Assembly: GCF_044704955.1 (NCBI RefSeq)
Contig: NC_091999.1
Location: 58,156,001 to 58,220,000, forward strand
Direction of reading: 5' to 3'
DNA from: Pristiophorus japonicus
Lineage: Eukaryota
Length of the DNA stretch: 64,000 nt
Shown: positions 22,040 through 35,500 of the stretch, in pieces
How the letters are laid out: every line of letters starts with the position of its first letter
How positions within the stretch are numbered: the stretch's first letter is position 1
Translations under genes and position numbers: made by a program
Notes under the pieces: generated by a model
The model's input: only the letters and a program-made list of their open reading frames with translations
Told to the model about the DNA's origin: nothing
Databases searched by the model: none

Positions 22040-25000
22040 CCCTGTGTCTGAGGAATTAGAAGCTGAATTTATGGAGCTGGGAGCTAAATTTCCAAATCGG
22101 ACCTCAAAGGTAGCAATCTCAGGGATAGCTACCACTTTTCAGAGTAGGAAGCGCAGGATAGTTCAGATAATTTGTGTTGCAGAAGGGAGGGATTCAATTT
22201 CTTTGGACATTGGAACCGTTCTGGGGGAGCTGGGACCTGTGCAAACCTCAGCAGAACCAATGTCCACGAGGGAGAGTTTGCTCGTGTTGTTGGGGAGGGG
22301 TTAAACTCATATGGCAGCGGGATGGGAACCTTTGGGGTAAAAAAGTAAGGGTGGAGGGCAGAGAAACCCAAGGCAAAAATCAAAAAGGGCCACATTGCAG
22401 CCAAATTATAAAGGGACAAGGTGTGTTAAGATAACAAGCCTGAAGGCACTGTGCCTCAATGCGAGGAGTATTCGTAATAAGGTGGACAAATTAACTGCAC
22501 AGGCAGCAATTAATGAATACGATGTAATTGGCATCACGGAGAAATGGCTCCAGGGTGACGAAGGCTTGGAACGCAACATCCAGGGTTATTCACCAGTCAG
22601 GAAGGATAGACACAAAGGAAAAGGAGGTGGGGTGGCATTGCTGGTTGAAGAGGAAATTAACACAATAGTCAGGAAGGACATTCACGTGGATTCTACGTGG
22701 GTGGATCTGTGGAATATCAAAGGGTCAAAAACGCTAGTGGGAGTTGTGTACCACCAAACAATCGTAGTGACTTTGCTGACAGCATCCAACAAGAAAGTAG
22801 GGATGTGTGCAATAAAGGTACATCAGTTATCATGGGCGACTTTAATCTACATCTAGATTGGGCTAACCAAATTGGTAGCAATACGGTGGAGGAGGATTTG
22901 CTGGAGTGTATTAGGGATGGTTTTCTCGACCAATATGTCGAGGGACCATCTAGAGGGCTGGCCATCCTAGACTGCTTGATGTGTAATGAGAAAGGACTAA
23001 TTAGCAATCTTGTTGTGCGAGGCCCCTTGGGGAAGAGTAATCACAATAAGGTAGAATTCTTTGTTAAGGTGGAGAGTGAAACGGTTAATTCTGAGACTGG
23101 GGTCCTGAACTTAAGGAAAGGTAACTTCGATGGTATGAGACATGAATTGGCTAGAATAGACTGGGAAATGATACATAAAGGGTTGACGGCAGATAGGCAA
23201 TGGAAAACATATAAAGATCACATGGATGAACTTCAACAATTGTACATCCCTGTCTGGAGTAAAAAAAAACGGGGAAGGTGGCTCAACCGTGGCTAACAAG
23301 GAAAATTAAGGATAGCGTTAAATCCAAGGAAGAGGCATATAAATTGGTCAGAAAAAGCATCAACCCGAGGACGGGGAGAAATTTAGAATTCAGCAGAGGA
23401 GGACAATGGGTTTAATTAGGAGGGGGAAAATAGAGTATGAGAGGAAGGTTGCTGGAAACATAAACACTTCTTTAAATATGTGAAGATAAAAAGAGTAGTG
23501 AAGGCAATCGTAGGTCCCTTGCAGTCAGATTCAGCTGAATAGGGAACAAAGAAATGTTAGACCAGTTGAACAAATACTTTGGTTCTGCCTTCACGAAGCA
23601 AGATGCGCATAATCTTCTGGACATAGTACATGACCGAGGGGCTAGTGAGAAGGAGGAACTGAAGAAAATCCTTATTTGTGGGAAATTGTGTTAGGGAAAT
23701 TGATGGGACTAAAGGCCGATAAATCCCCGGGGCCTGATGGTCTGCATCCCAGAATACTTAAGGAAGCGGCCCTAGAAATAGTGGATGCATTGGTGATCAT
23801 TTTCCAACAGTCCATCGATTCTAGATCAGTTTGTATGGACTGGAGGGTAGCGAATGTAACACCAGATTTTGAAAAAGGAGGGAAAGAGAAAACGGGTAAT
23901 TATCGACCAGTTAGCCTGACATCAGTGGTGGGGGAAATGTTGTAATCAATTTTTAAAGATGAAATAGCAGCCCATTTGGAAAGCAGTGACAGGATTGGTC
24001 CAAGTCAGCATGGATTTATGAAAGGAAAATCAAGCTTGACAAATCTTCTAGAATTTTGTGAGGATGTAACTAGTAGAGTCGACAAGGGTGAACCAGTGGA
24101 TATGGTGTAGTGGGACTTTCAAAATACTTTTGACAAGTTCCCACACAAGAGGTTGGTGTGCAAAATTAAAGCACATGGTATTGGGGGTAATGTATTGACG
24201 TGGATAGAGAACTGGCTGGCAGACAGGAAGCAGAGAGTCGGAATAAACGGGTTCTTTTCATAATGGCAGGCAGTGACTAGTTGGGTGCTGCAGGGCTCAG
24301 TGCTGGGACGCCAGCAATTTACAATATACATCAATGATTTAGATGAAGGAATTTTGTATAATATCTCCAAGTTTGCAGATAACATTATGCTGGATGGCGG
24401 TGTGAAATGTGAGGAGGATGCTAAGAGGCTGCAGGGTGATTTGGACAGGTTAGGTGAGTGGGCAATTGCATGGCAGATGTAGTGTAATGTGGATAAATGT
24501 GAGGTTATGCACTTTGGTGGCAGAAACAGGAAGGCAGAATATTATTTGAATGGCGGTAGATGAGGAAAAGAGGAGGTGCAACGAGATCCGGGTGTCATGG
24601 TACATCAGTCATTGATGGTTGGCATGCAGGTGCAGCAGACAGAAAGAAGGTAAATAGCATGTTGGCCCCATATCTTGGGGATTTGAATATAGCAGCTGTA
24701 CTGGGCCATGGTGAGGCCTCACCTGGAATACTGTGTTCTGTTTTGTTCTAATCTGAGGAAGGACGTTCATGCTATTGAGGGAGTGCAGCAAAGGTTCACC
24801 AGACTGATTTCCGGTATGGCAGGACTGACATATGAGGAGAGATAGGATCGACTGGGCCGGTATTCACTGGAGCTTAGAAGAATGAGAGGGGACCTCAGAA
24901 ACATTATGATGGGACTGGGCAGGTTAGATGCACGAAGAATGTTCCCGATGTTGGGGAAGTCCAGAACCAGTGGTCACAGTCTGAGGACAAGGGATAATCC

Positions 25001-25280
25001 ATTTAGGACCGAGATGAGGAGAAACTTCTTCACTCAGAGAGTTGTTAACCTGTGGAATTCTCTTCCGCAGAACGTTGTTGAAGCCAGTTCATCAGATATA
25101 TTCAAGAGGGACTTGGATATGGCCATTAAGGTAATGGGATCAACGGGTGTGGAGCGAAAGCAGGAAAGGGGTACTGAGTTGAATGATCAGCCATGATCTT
25201 ATTGAATGTTGGTGCAGGCTCGAAGGGGCGAATGGTCTATTCCTGCAACCTTTTTCTATGTTTCTATGTTTCTATGTTTC
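22040..25280 (+). mobile_element. CR1 LINE: ORF1 3' remnant plus near-complete disrupted ORF2
   Basis: LCLNARSIRNK, GGGVALLV, MGDFN, KSPGPDG, SKFADN; (tttctatg)3 tail; abuts the truncated ERV-B env. Confidence 0.93.
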
Positions 25281-26400
25281 AGGGTACATGCATCTAATGG
25301 CACAGTGTGTTGTGCCATTTCTTTCAACTGGGTGCTATTTATTGAATCTGTAACTCGCCCGGTTTGTATCTGATCCATATTGTGTCTCACCTGACCAATC
25401 ATCCATCTCCCATAGGCATGACATGTGTCTCTTATCTGTCCTCAGCATTGTTCTCTCAATACCTGCTTATTTAGATCGTTAATTGTTCGTGCATGGCCTT
25501 CCCATACGGATACACCCTGTAGCATTTTTTTGGATGTTTTGTATCCTAACTGTGAAGACTGTATCCCAATCCTGGTCTGTTTCCTGATTAGTAACTCCGT
25601 TGTTCCCCTCAAACTATCTACACCTGCCTGGATCGCCTGTATATCTGGTGTATCTACTCGAGATGTCCCTGTACAGCTAATATGTCATTTGCTAAAGATC
25701 TCCTCTGTCTTGCTTCTTTGTGTCTCAGCTGCTTGTGTTACTCCCTTGCTCCTGATGTGTCACTAGCTATTCTCAGGATTGTGTCTAGCAATCATGTTTA
25801 CAATGCTTTAGTCTTGTGGCTAATGTTTTCTGGCTGTTCAATTTATGCTCACAGGTCACATTTCATGCTGGACATTGTCAAAAAACAACATTACTTCTGT
25901 TCCAGGTTTAACTACCACGCAATTTCCCAAGGTTAATTCCCCTGGTTTACAATATTCAGGTAACATTTTTTACACACTTATCTTATGGCTTCAAGACAAA
26001 CGCTGCTGACACTTAGATGCCGCCCCCTAGAGGCTGATTTACGTAGCCTCTGGTGTGGTAAAATGCTTCTGGGCCCTCTCGGGGCGACCTTGCATCTTGT
26101 CCTTGTCGAATCGAAAGCACGGTGATGATCACGTTTATATTCTGTTGATAAAACACATCCTGGATATTCCAGGTTTTAGTTAGAGTATTACCATTTCCAT
26201 TTCAACCGGATTTTCATTTCACTATTCTATTGGTTCTGCAATTGCTGTGGTTCGGCACAAATTTCCTGCAATAGCTAAAGAACCCCAATATCTTACACAG
26301 CCCTCAGGCTGGTTTTAGTCGGGGCATAATCCTAATGTCCTCCTTCCTGTCATTGGACATAGTCCGAGTTCCTTGCGATATTTTTTGTCCCAGGTACTGT
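25281..26400 (-). pseudogene. env: F-like env fragment of ERV-B
   Basis: Manual translation gives RQRR|SLANDI and TCHAYGRWMIGQVRHNMDQIQTGRVTDSINSTQL...LDACTLK, versus ERV-A LCHAYGLWMVGQIRHNLDQIQRGEVPDWIDSSHL...LDNCTLK. Confidence 0.85.
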
Positions 26401-28616
26401 ACGACAGCTTGTCCGATTTGTGCCTTTTTGGGATTTACTTTAAATCGTGCTTTCCGTTATCTCAAATGTCTTTTCCATAACTAGAACAAAGTCTAATACG
26501 TAGGCTTTGATAATTGCTTTCCGTTATCTCAAATGTTCCAGTTGCAAAGCCTTTATGTCTCACTTTCTGTGGTTCTTCAACCACCGTATCTGAAGTCACA
26601 AGTTCAACTTATATTGTCCTTTGTTCTAAACTGCTAAAGCCTGCCGTTTTAACATTTTAATTTTTTCAAAGTTCCTTTTAACTTTCACAGATAGCTCCCC
26701 ACCTGCCCAGGAGTTTGACCTGATCCCTGAAGGTATTTCTACATTGTTTCGAAACATTATAGTTTTATTTCTTTTTTTTTAAGAGATCAGATTTAACTTT
26801 TTATGTTGTGTATTTTCTTAAACAGTGGTACTTGAAATCTTCACAACAAAATTAACTCTTCACTGCTTCCATCGTAATTTCTGCTCCCCTTTTGTAGTAT
26901 TTGTATTTATTGTTGGATTATGAAATGTCAAGTATGGTAAAACTGTTTTTTAATCGGACTTCTCATTTATGCTTATAGTGAGTCACAGATCACAGAATGC
27001 AAAGTACTTGTTTTATAATTATGTGCCTATCTTCTGTTTTAGAAGCTGAACGTCAAAAACTCTAATCTTTTGCGCTGTAACTTCAATTTTGTGATACAGT
27101 ATCTCATAAATTACCTCTTTTTAAGCTTCAGCTTCTGACGCAGAATGTTTACTTTTATTAAAAGGCTTCCAAACACAATATTTTCCAATACAACCAAAAT
27201 GTTTGTCAAGGAGAATCACCTGAAATATCTCAAAGACCCAATTCAAATATTGTTTTGCCAATCTTTTATTTAAAAATCTTTTTACTGAGCTAGAAGCCTT
27301 CGCATCAAGATTTTACACAAAGGAATATGGGGGCGTATTTCCCCAGCCCACAGCCTTGAGACACCCACGCAAGCTTCTTTTTTTAAAGGCATTACAATTT
27401 CCCTTCATCGTTCTTTATTTCATTCCTAGACTTAATGTATTTTCATTCAACAAAATGTAATCAATGCATACGTGTTTTCTTTTGACAAGTGAGCGTGTCG
27501 GAAAAAACAATTTAAACCAACGGGACCTCGCATTTTTTATCTTTTGCTCAACAAACCTATCCTTTGTGCATTTCCTAACTCCATAACATATCATCCGAAT
27601 AAATCCACACCTGGATTTCTAAATCAAAATGTAATTCAATTCTAGGTTCCTACTTTCTTAAAACTTCCCTCATACAGGACAACACTGTAAAGGGTTAAAA
27701 AAAACGTTCACTCTGTTTGAAAAAGTAGGTGGGGCCAAAACAACAGACAGCTCCACCACTTTCTGAAGCAGGCTTTCAGACACTTGAAAAATTCATTAAT
27801 TCCCACCTCAAATATTCCGCAGTCAACAATCACAGAAGCACTTTCATTCAAAGACAGACATTCACAAAAGTCTCTCTTCATTCAACAAAGCTTATTGTTT
27901 GGCCGCCTCTAATTTTGGATCCATATTTCACTTAAGATAGTCACTAACGGTTTTTATTATGGTCTTCCGAAAAATATCTGCTTAGCAATACTTCTGGCCC
28001 CCAATAAATCCTTTATTTTCTTCGGCTCCTAATCATAACCCTGTTAGTGGGGGATACAAATTTGGGCCAAATTCCTCTGTCCATTCCCTTCTGTCAACTA
28101 TATCTATTTTTATACTTACAGCCTCTTGTCTTTTGTCACTTTCTCTGTCCATCTCAACTTCGGGTATCTTTCTATTCATCTTTCCGGCTGTTAAACTGCT
28201 CTTTTTCCCTTCATCAAATCCTGCCTTAACCATCTTCTTAACCTTTTCAGATTTATCTCTCAGAAACTCTTCTGGTAGTTTATACCTCACCCCTCCAAGG
28301 GCCTTGGCAGATTCCCTTGCCATTTCTTACACTGGGGCTTTTTCCCCAGTTCCCATTTTACCCATCTTTACTTAAGTGGAACTATTTACACCGCGGCTTT
28401 TAGCCCAATATCCCATATACGTACTTATTCTCCCGACACATGTATTTACTTAGAGTGTCCTGACGCACCCCTCAACTGGATTTACTGGCTGCACAGACTC
28501 TGCTTCAGATTTGTTGCATCTCTGGTTACTTTGCAAGGAGAATTTCTCAAGGTAATTCTCTACTCATTCGTTGTTAGTTTGGTCAGCTTTTTGTGTCTAA
28601 TCTGCCCGTCCAGTAG

Positions 28617-28634
28617 ATCCTGCTGACTGCGCCA
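28617..28634 (-). promoter_or_regulatory. Primer-binding site, tRNA-Ser
   Basis: TGGCGCAGTCAGCAGGAT (minus strand), 16/18 to the Ser(AGA/TGA) 3' end. Confidence 0.85.
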
Positions 28635-29144
28635 AGTTGTTAGGGTTAACTTCAAACCACCACTCGGAGTCCGTTAGGCTTAAAGTAAATGCAGTTTTTA
28701 TTAATAAAAGATACAAGCCAACAGGGGAGCTACCCTTGAAGTAATGCTCAAAGAAACTGCCAGAGATATCTAATTTTATACAGTTTCAGATTATAGTCTT
28801 ACGTAATTACACAAGTTACAATTAATATGTGCTGATTGATTAATACATGATTATCTGGTAGGTTGCTTCCTCCAATCTGGCCTCTATATGTTTAATTGGT
28901 AATTCAGGATACATGTTCTTATGATTCTTTTTATTTCACTTGTATCTTGTTATAGAATTGAAATTCTATGTTATCTGTGTCTGTGCCCAGCTCCCAAGGC
29001 ATTTGATCTATAAATTGGAACATCTGCCCCTCTGTGGAAGGCATCCCACACATGCTTCCCACAGACTGAAAAACAGGCTGTGGGATCCATTTTAAAAATC
29101 TGTTAACTCCATTTTAAAACATCCCAATTATTATTATTAATTGT

Positions 29145-30120
29145 AATTACGTTTTGTGATCTGCCCTTTCAGTCGATTATGGGGTATCTTATCGAAGGCC
29201 TTTGGAAATCCAGATAAATTATATCTACTACAGTATGTTAGTTTACGCTATCTGTTACCTGTTCGAAAAATTCAAAGAATTTGGTCAATTCAAGACTTTC
29301 CCTTTTATAATCCATGCTGACTATTCATTTTTGGTTTCTAGTTGTTCTTCCCCTTTTTCTTTTAGTAGGGAATCCATTATTTTTCCTCCCAACGACGTTA
29401 AGTTGACTGGACTATAGTTCCTCAGACACGTTCTACCTCCCTTCTTAAAAATAGTTATTACATTAGGTGTCTGCCAATCCTCCGGCACTGCACCTTATTC
29501 TAACGAAGTTTTAAATATGTTTATTAATGCCTCTGCTATCTCTTCTCTAGATGTGATTCGTCCGAAGCTGGCATTTTATCCATTTTCGGTTTGATTAATT
29601 TATATAATATTTTCCTCTTGTTATTTTAAATGCAGTTATTTCATTTCTAATATCATCCGATGGCATGTACACCTGTGTTGTCTCGCTGATAAATACTGAC
29701 GCAAAGTAATTGTTTAATATTTCTACCTATCTCTGCCTGTAGACAACCTTCTGAGCCACGTACTTTGGTATGTATTGTGGATGTCCTCCACGCAATCTTT
29801 ATCCTTATCGTTAAAGGTTTCGAGTATATCCTACCTGTTGGACAGGAGCAGTGTCTCATTCTCAGCCTCTCCTCAGTTCTCACTGCACGGCACCCAATCA
29901 GCCACGGACTTTCCTGACCTGCGCTTTTCTGTGGGATGTGACTGTTTTCTGGATTAAATCACTTATCCTGTGTGTTTCAGAGTGTGTCGAACTCGAACTC
30001 CAGCCCAATTACGCTGAGCCAGAGCGAATAAAGCATAGACATTTCCTGCAGATGTGGGAATGTGGGACAGATTTGATGTCCACAAACTCACACACATTAC
30101 AGTCTCGACTCATTTCCTAC
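29145..30120 (-). mobile_element. Old, decayed CR1-like LINE fragments
   Basis: Minus-strand IYLDFQ-AFDK-like and NYSPVNLTS-like remnants; the upstream part resembles CR1 ORF1. Confidence 0.6.
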
Positions 30121-31860
30121 CCTGCCATCTTTAGTTATTTTTTATAAATGTATTTGCTTATTTACACACTGAATTAATTTAATTACTTAGTTTTTATTCA
30201 AATGGTTATTTATAATTATATTAATTAATTAGTAATTATAGTTAAATTATTAATTTAATAAAGTATTGTTATTGCTCCCAGGTCTTAGTGTAGACCAAGC
30301 TTCGAGAGAAAAGGTAATACTCACCAAACATTCATCTACCTGCTGTATTTTGGAGGCCAAAGCAGCACCTCCTTCAACCACTGTTCCCATTCAAACTCTC
30401 ACCAAATTTCGTTTAATATCACTGTGCAGAACACACAGTGAATCACAAGTCAGTGTTTAGTTTTATACCTTTGGAGCCACACACAAGTTACAAGTGCTGT
30501 CTCAGCTCCGTGCCCATTGCTCGCAGTAATTAGCATATATTTAAGACTAACACTTACAGCTGACTGATAGTTAACTACTACTAACAGGCAGTTTCTGCTA
30601 ACTTCTGTTTTTAAAGTTCTAAGTTCAATTCAAAACTTTCAACTAAATTTACCTTCTTACAGCTAATACTCAGCCAGACTCACCTCGGACTTACCACTGA
30701 ATCTCACTTTCTCCACGTTCCCAAATTTACCACTCTCTTTGTGCACTCTGTTTAAGATCAGGATGTGGTGATCGAGTAAACTCTGGCATGCTCTGCTGGG
30801 CCGAAAGAGTCGGGGTGGGGAAGATCGCTCTGTAAATTTGCAGTCCACAGGCAGACGGGCTGCTAACTCCCAGCACCCCCAGGGAAACCTCAGGGGAACC
30901 GCCTCAGACAAGTTTGCAGCCGCGAGCACAGAATGGCCTATGTCTGTGCTGCAGACATTAAGTAACTCTTTGTAAGGTGATGGGTGAAGGAGATGGGATG
31001 TCTGAAATGCGATTCTGAGTCAGCCACAGGCCAGGGCGTGGTCAAAAGGGCAGGTCTGTGATGTCACAATGCTCAGGCACAGTGTCATGCGAGTTTCCCC
31101 GCTTTATTACATCACACATACTGCAATACCTATTAACAAAGCTCGTTACCACCCTCCCTGAATGCTGCATATTATGGGCTATGTTTAGCACGGAGATTAT
31201 TGAGAGAGTGAGGAGGAGCTGAGTTTAATGTGTGCCGAATGTGTGCGGGGAACACTTCATCCTGCAGATCACCGCATTGTTCAGGCAAACTTACAAAGGA
31301 ACGTTATAGTGGTGAATGTCACTGGGATATACTCCGTCTGCAGAAGACCATTTAATCCCAAAGGTAGATTATCTGAAACAAGGATACGTCGCTATCACCA
31401 GGCGTTGGAGCTGCTCAGGTTAAACCCCACTGAGAGAAAAACACAAGGAGCCTGCAAATGGATGAAAGCACTGACCTTTGAGATTTTGAAACCTTCCCTC
31501 TCTGGCTGTTGTTTGGTCTCAGGCCATTTCCCCCCAGCTTTTCCTGGGAGTGCTGGGGACTGAGCGGCCCGCCCGTGGACTGAAAAGTTCCCCGCGCCGC
31601 TCCCTTTGGGTAAACACATCCGACACGAGCCTGGCGGTCGGGAGCTTTATAAACCCATCCCAGGCCGCAACAGACGTCTTAGCGGGGATAAAACCTGCAG
31701 GAGTCCAGCGGGACTGATCCCCGTGGACTTCCCCACCACTATCATTTTTGTTCGTCGCTGAATCCGCGCGGTGAAAGATGAAAACAGGCCTCACTGTGTG
31801 TGTTTCACAGAGATGAGCGGATTGGGCAGAATACACGTCCAAAACATTGTGTGATTCTTA

Positions 31861-32759
31861 TTATTTAATGCATTTAACAATTAGAGTAAAGGGATATTTC
31901 ACCACATTCTTCAACTCCTCTCTGAATTTCGTCTGGGTCACGGCATAAATACATGTGTTGGTGCAGCAACTCAGGAGCTGAAGCATAAATCCCATTTCCT
32001 CTACATATTTAGGTAGAGATACACGAATAATATTTAACGAATACAATCGTTCAACCACAGAATATAACAGAAACACTGCCCATAAGAGGATAAAATTGCC
32101 GGATATAACAAACAGTAAAATGATGGATTTCCTTCGCTTCTCCATCTCTGGGTCACTGGGACTCTCCCCACTGCTGTGGGCCCTGAGTCTTCTGCGGGCT
32201 CTGCTCGACACTAAAACGTGTCTGACAGTTAAAGTATTGAGCAGAAGGATCAGAACAAATGGAATAAACGGTGTTATAATATAATGAAGGAATTCAATTA
32301 CTGCCCATGATACTGACTCAGAGACTTCCCATCGAACAAAACAAAACCAGGGACTATTCGAAATCTGATACATACCTCCATACATAAAGTACCAGAAAGT
32401 GTTCTTTACACAGAACAGCGCACTCACTGTTCCCACAAATACAGTCGCCGTTTTCTCGGTGCAATATTTGGTTTTGAGCTTCTGACAACAAATGGCTATA
32501 CATCGATCAAAGGTAAAAGCAACTGTGAACCAGACGGAACAGTCTGTGACAGCGTAAAGCAGGATAGCATGGATATTACACACTTTAACCTTCCACATGA
32601 ACTCAAACGCGGTTGAATAACGAATAGGAATCTGCCTGGATATCAGGTCGAGGATAACGACCAGTAGATCCGCCGCTGCCATTGCCACCAGGTAACGGCT
32701 GACACACTTGGAGAGACCGCACCTTCCTCGAGACAGGATCATTATTGTCACTAAGTTCA
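31861..32759 (-). CDS. GPR139/GPR142-like orphan class A GPCR, exon 2 (TM1-TM7)
   Basis: Open frame with YLVAMAAADLLV, SVWFTVAFTFDRCIAIC and SCCTNTCIYAVTQTKFREE; acceptor tttcttgcag, phase 1. Confidence 0.93.
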
Positions 32760-32859
32760 CTGCAAGAAAGAGAAAAACAGGGAATTTATATTTCAGATTG
32801 AGAGCATTAACAGCTGTCTCAAAGAATTATGTGTGAAATGAGTCAGGATTAAGTGAACC

Positions 32860-33120
32860 ATCCAATGGGACTTGTGGTGTTTGGGTCAGGACTGAATACA
32901 CCAGTGGATGGGACGTGTGATGTTTGGCACAGGTATTGAAAGAACCAATATATGGGACGTGTGGGTGTCGGGACAAGGACTGAATGTACCAATGGATGGG
33001 ACGTGTGGGTGTTGGCTCTGGACTGAATGTACCAGTGCATGGGGTATTTGGGTGTTGTGACAGGGAGTGAGTGAAGCGGTGGATGTGATGTGTGGGTGCC
33101 GGGTCATGACTGAAAGAATT
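32860..33120. repeat. Minisatellite, about 40-bp unit (ggactgaatgtacca.tggatgggacgtgtgggtg)
   Basis: About 6 imperfect copies. Confidence 0.8.
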
Positions 33121-33239
33121 AATGTATTGGACTTTTTCCAGGTGGGTAAAACTCCGAATGAGACTCTGATATAACGCCATATCCAAGTCAGAGGAAGCAA
33201 TAATTCAGCACAAGAAGCCGCGAGTTTGTGAATAACCTG

Positions 33240-33540
33240 TGTCCATTGAGGGGAATAGAATCATTGTCCAGGGATGGGAATGTAGTATGGGGACAGCGAG
33301 GGTGATGAAATCTGTGTCCAGGGAGGAGAATGGAATTGGGGGCCAAGGGACGGAATGGAGTCTGTGGCCAAGGAAGGAATGGAGTCTGTGACAGGGAGGG
33401 GAATGGAGCATGTGGCTCATGAGAGGAATCAATTCTTTTTCCAGGAAGGGGAATCGAATCTGTGTACAGGGAGGGGAATGGAGTCTGTGGCCAAGGTGGG
33501 GAATGAAATCTGTGGCCAGAGAGGGGAATGGAGTCTTTGG
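33240..33540. repeat. Minisatellite, about 22-25-bp unit (ggggaatggagtctgtggccaa)
   Basis: More than 10 imperfect copies. Confidence 0.8.
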
Positions 33541-34559
33541 CGAGGTTACTGTGGTTTTGTCGTAGGCTGAAGAAGAGGAATTGAATTGTATTATGTGTCG
33601 AAATCAGAACCTTTCCAACCATTGTTTTGAAAGTACACTTTGTAACTGGCTTAAGCTGACTTTCCAAGAATATTGCAAATAATCTTTAAAGAAGGGACTG
33701 TCGCTTTACAATAGACTAATGATAACCCATGTTGTAAGATGTCACAGAAGATTTTCGAACGTGTCTGTTTACAGCTGGAACTGTGTCAACCAACTTCCTT
33801 TCACCTGGTGTGAGAAAGTTACAGATTTCCAGTTAACAGAGAGAGTTTGAGACTGGAAATATCAAAATATTTCACAATATAGTGCTCCATTTTGAATAGT
33901 TGCTACCGTGCGGCCCACACCGAGCTCTCCTGAATTGTGGCTGAACAAGGGAAATAAATCAATTCAAACACAACTGAATAAACATTTTACTGGAATCCGT
34001 ATTGCAGTTTTAACCCTGTCCTGACCATCTGGAATTAGTGACTGTGAGGCAGAGCGGGAGGTAGTGGAAATTACGACAACTGTCTATAGCTGAATCATTA
34101 GTGAATAATGTCTCATATCTCAATGTATTTGTGAAGGATCTATCAACGCTGATTTCCACTGGTCAGTGTCATTAACAATAACCAGCGGTCCTTAAAACAC
34201 TTGTTGCCACTGAACACATATTTATTATTCAACACTGGGCATCAGTGCGAAAAGCTGACTGCAAGCTGTTCAATAATATTTTCGTTCACTAACATATCTG
34301 TGTCAATAAAGTCAAATTTCTGTCAAATCCTGTGAACCACTATCAATGGAAGCAAGTTGTGGAAACAACATACTATTTATTGAACTGGGAGCAGCGAATT
34401 AACAAATGATCAAACATTACATGACATAAACTTATTTGCATTGCTAGACAAAGAACAAGAGGTTTAAATTGAATACAATTAATAACTAGAACTAAAGGAC
34501 AAGGACAGCAAATACAGAGAAACATGGGTTACATAATTCATTGCAGATGAAGGACTCAC

Positions 34560-34656
34560 CAGGAACACCAACAGCAGCGAGGAGCGGGTAATAAATACGT
34601 TCCACATTGAAAAGTGCCCACAGGATCCAAAGCTGAGTTGGAATCTCCCAGAACAT
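34560..34656 (-). CDS. GPR139-like GPCR exon 1, proximal copy
   Basis: ATG...MFWEIPTQLWILWALFNVERIYYPLLAAVGVP-G|gtgagt; joins exon 2 in frame (VPVNLVTI). Confidence 0.85.
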
Positions 34657-34746
34657 GACTTGACTTTCTGTGAGCTCCAAAGAGCGCTGTTCGTTTTAGA
34701 CAACAACTTCAGTCAAACATTGCTGTACAGACTGAAAAAGAATCCC

Positions 34747-34754
34747 TATTTATA
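34747..34754 (-). promoter_or_regulatory. TATA box of the GPCR gene, proximal copy
   Basis: TATAAATA about 90 nt upstream of the ATG. Confidence 0.6.
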
Positions 34755-35129
34755 GCCTGAGGGAACTCTCCAGTGAGACAATTAAACTGCACACTGAAGG
34801 ATATTAATCACAGTCACTGAATAAACAAGTTGTCCGAACCTTTTCTTTGCATCACTTTCAATTGCATAATATTTTAAAAGCAACGTGGCTTTCAGATCAA
34901 ATAACTTTATCCAAAACCAAGCACTTATTGGTAAAAGCAGAAATAGTTAATTCCACAGAATCACAGCATGCATGTGAAGGGAGCAACTTTCATTTAGGCA
35001 GTTTCTATTATTACTGAGATGTAAAATAACTGTAATTTCAGATTTTCAATTCACTTCTCGGGGTAACACAAGTGAAATAAAACAAATGGAAGGATAGAGG
35101 CAGGCTAAGTAAATGTCAGTAACCTACAC

Positions 35130-35500
35130 GGGGACTGACAGTACAGCGCAAATTAAGGATACATGGGCACTGATAATACAGTGGTTAGTAAGGGCACATG
35201 GGGCAGATAATATATTGGTCAGTAAGGTACATGAGGACTGATGATACAATTGTCAGTAAGGGTACATGGGGACTGATAATACAGTGGTCAGTAAGGCTAC
35301 ATAAGAACTGATAATACAATCGTCAGTAAGGGTACATGGTGACTGTTAATATAATTGTGAGTAAGGATACATGGGTACAGATAATACAGAGGTCAGTAAG
35401 GATACATGGGGACTGATAATACAGTGGTCAGTAAGGGGACATGGGGCAGATAATATATTGGTCAGTAAGGATACGTGTGTGCTATGTTTACAATGTTCAG
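35130..35500. repeat. Minisatellite, about 33-bp unit (gtaagggtacatggggactgataatacagtggtca); duplicated at 37540-37915
   Basis: About 10 imperfect copies. Confidence 0.85.

Larger units (their letters stand above)
1..22040 (+). repeat. Degenerate tandem tRNA gene array, unit about 1.6-1.9 kb (DeuSINE, tRNA-Leu, CT-rich spacer, tRNA-Asp, tRNA-Ser), about 7 units interrupted by CR1 and LTR insertions
   Basis: The spacer landmark gcaactgtctgtggaaatcatcaccatgaatt recurs at ~65, 4570, 6160, 8840, 17140 and 18155, and the tRNA-like genes recur in the same order. Confidence 0.9.
25281..29140 (-). mobile_element. ERV-B: 3'-truncated relative of ERV-A (5' LTR, Ser PBS, long leader, env fragment)
   Basis: LTR end ...CCCTAACA at 28638; PBS; leader homologous to ERV-A 10300-10900; env homology. 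The outer LTR boundary is approximate. Confidence 0.82.

Noticed and set aside
31050-31063. caggtctgtgatg resembling an 18S rRNA motif
   Set aside because: Only about 13 nt match and the flanks are not rRNA-like.
31480-31790. GC-rich segment downstream of the GPCR, possibly a non-autonomous transposon fragment
   Set aside because: No terminal repeats or TSD could be established by eye.
34657-34680. Longer GPCR N-terminus MELTESQV from the ORF track
   Set aside because: It begins at TTG; the first in-frame ATG is at 34656.
35130-35500. Regular ~33-bp repeats suggestive of CRISPR
   Set aside because: No unique spacers, no cas genes, and a vertebrate context; this is a minisatellite.
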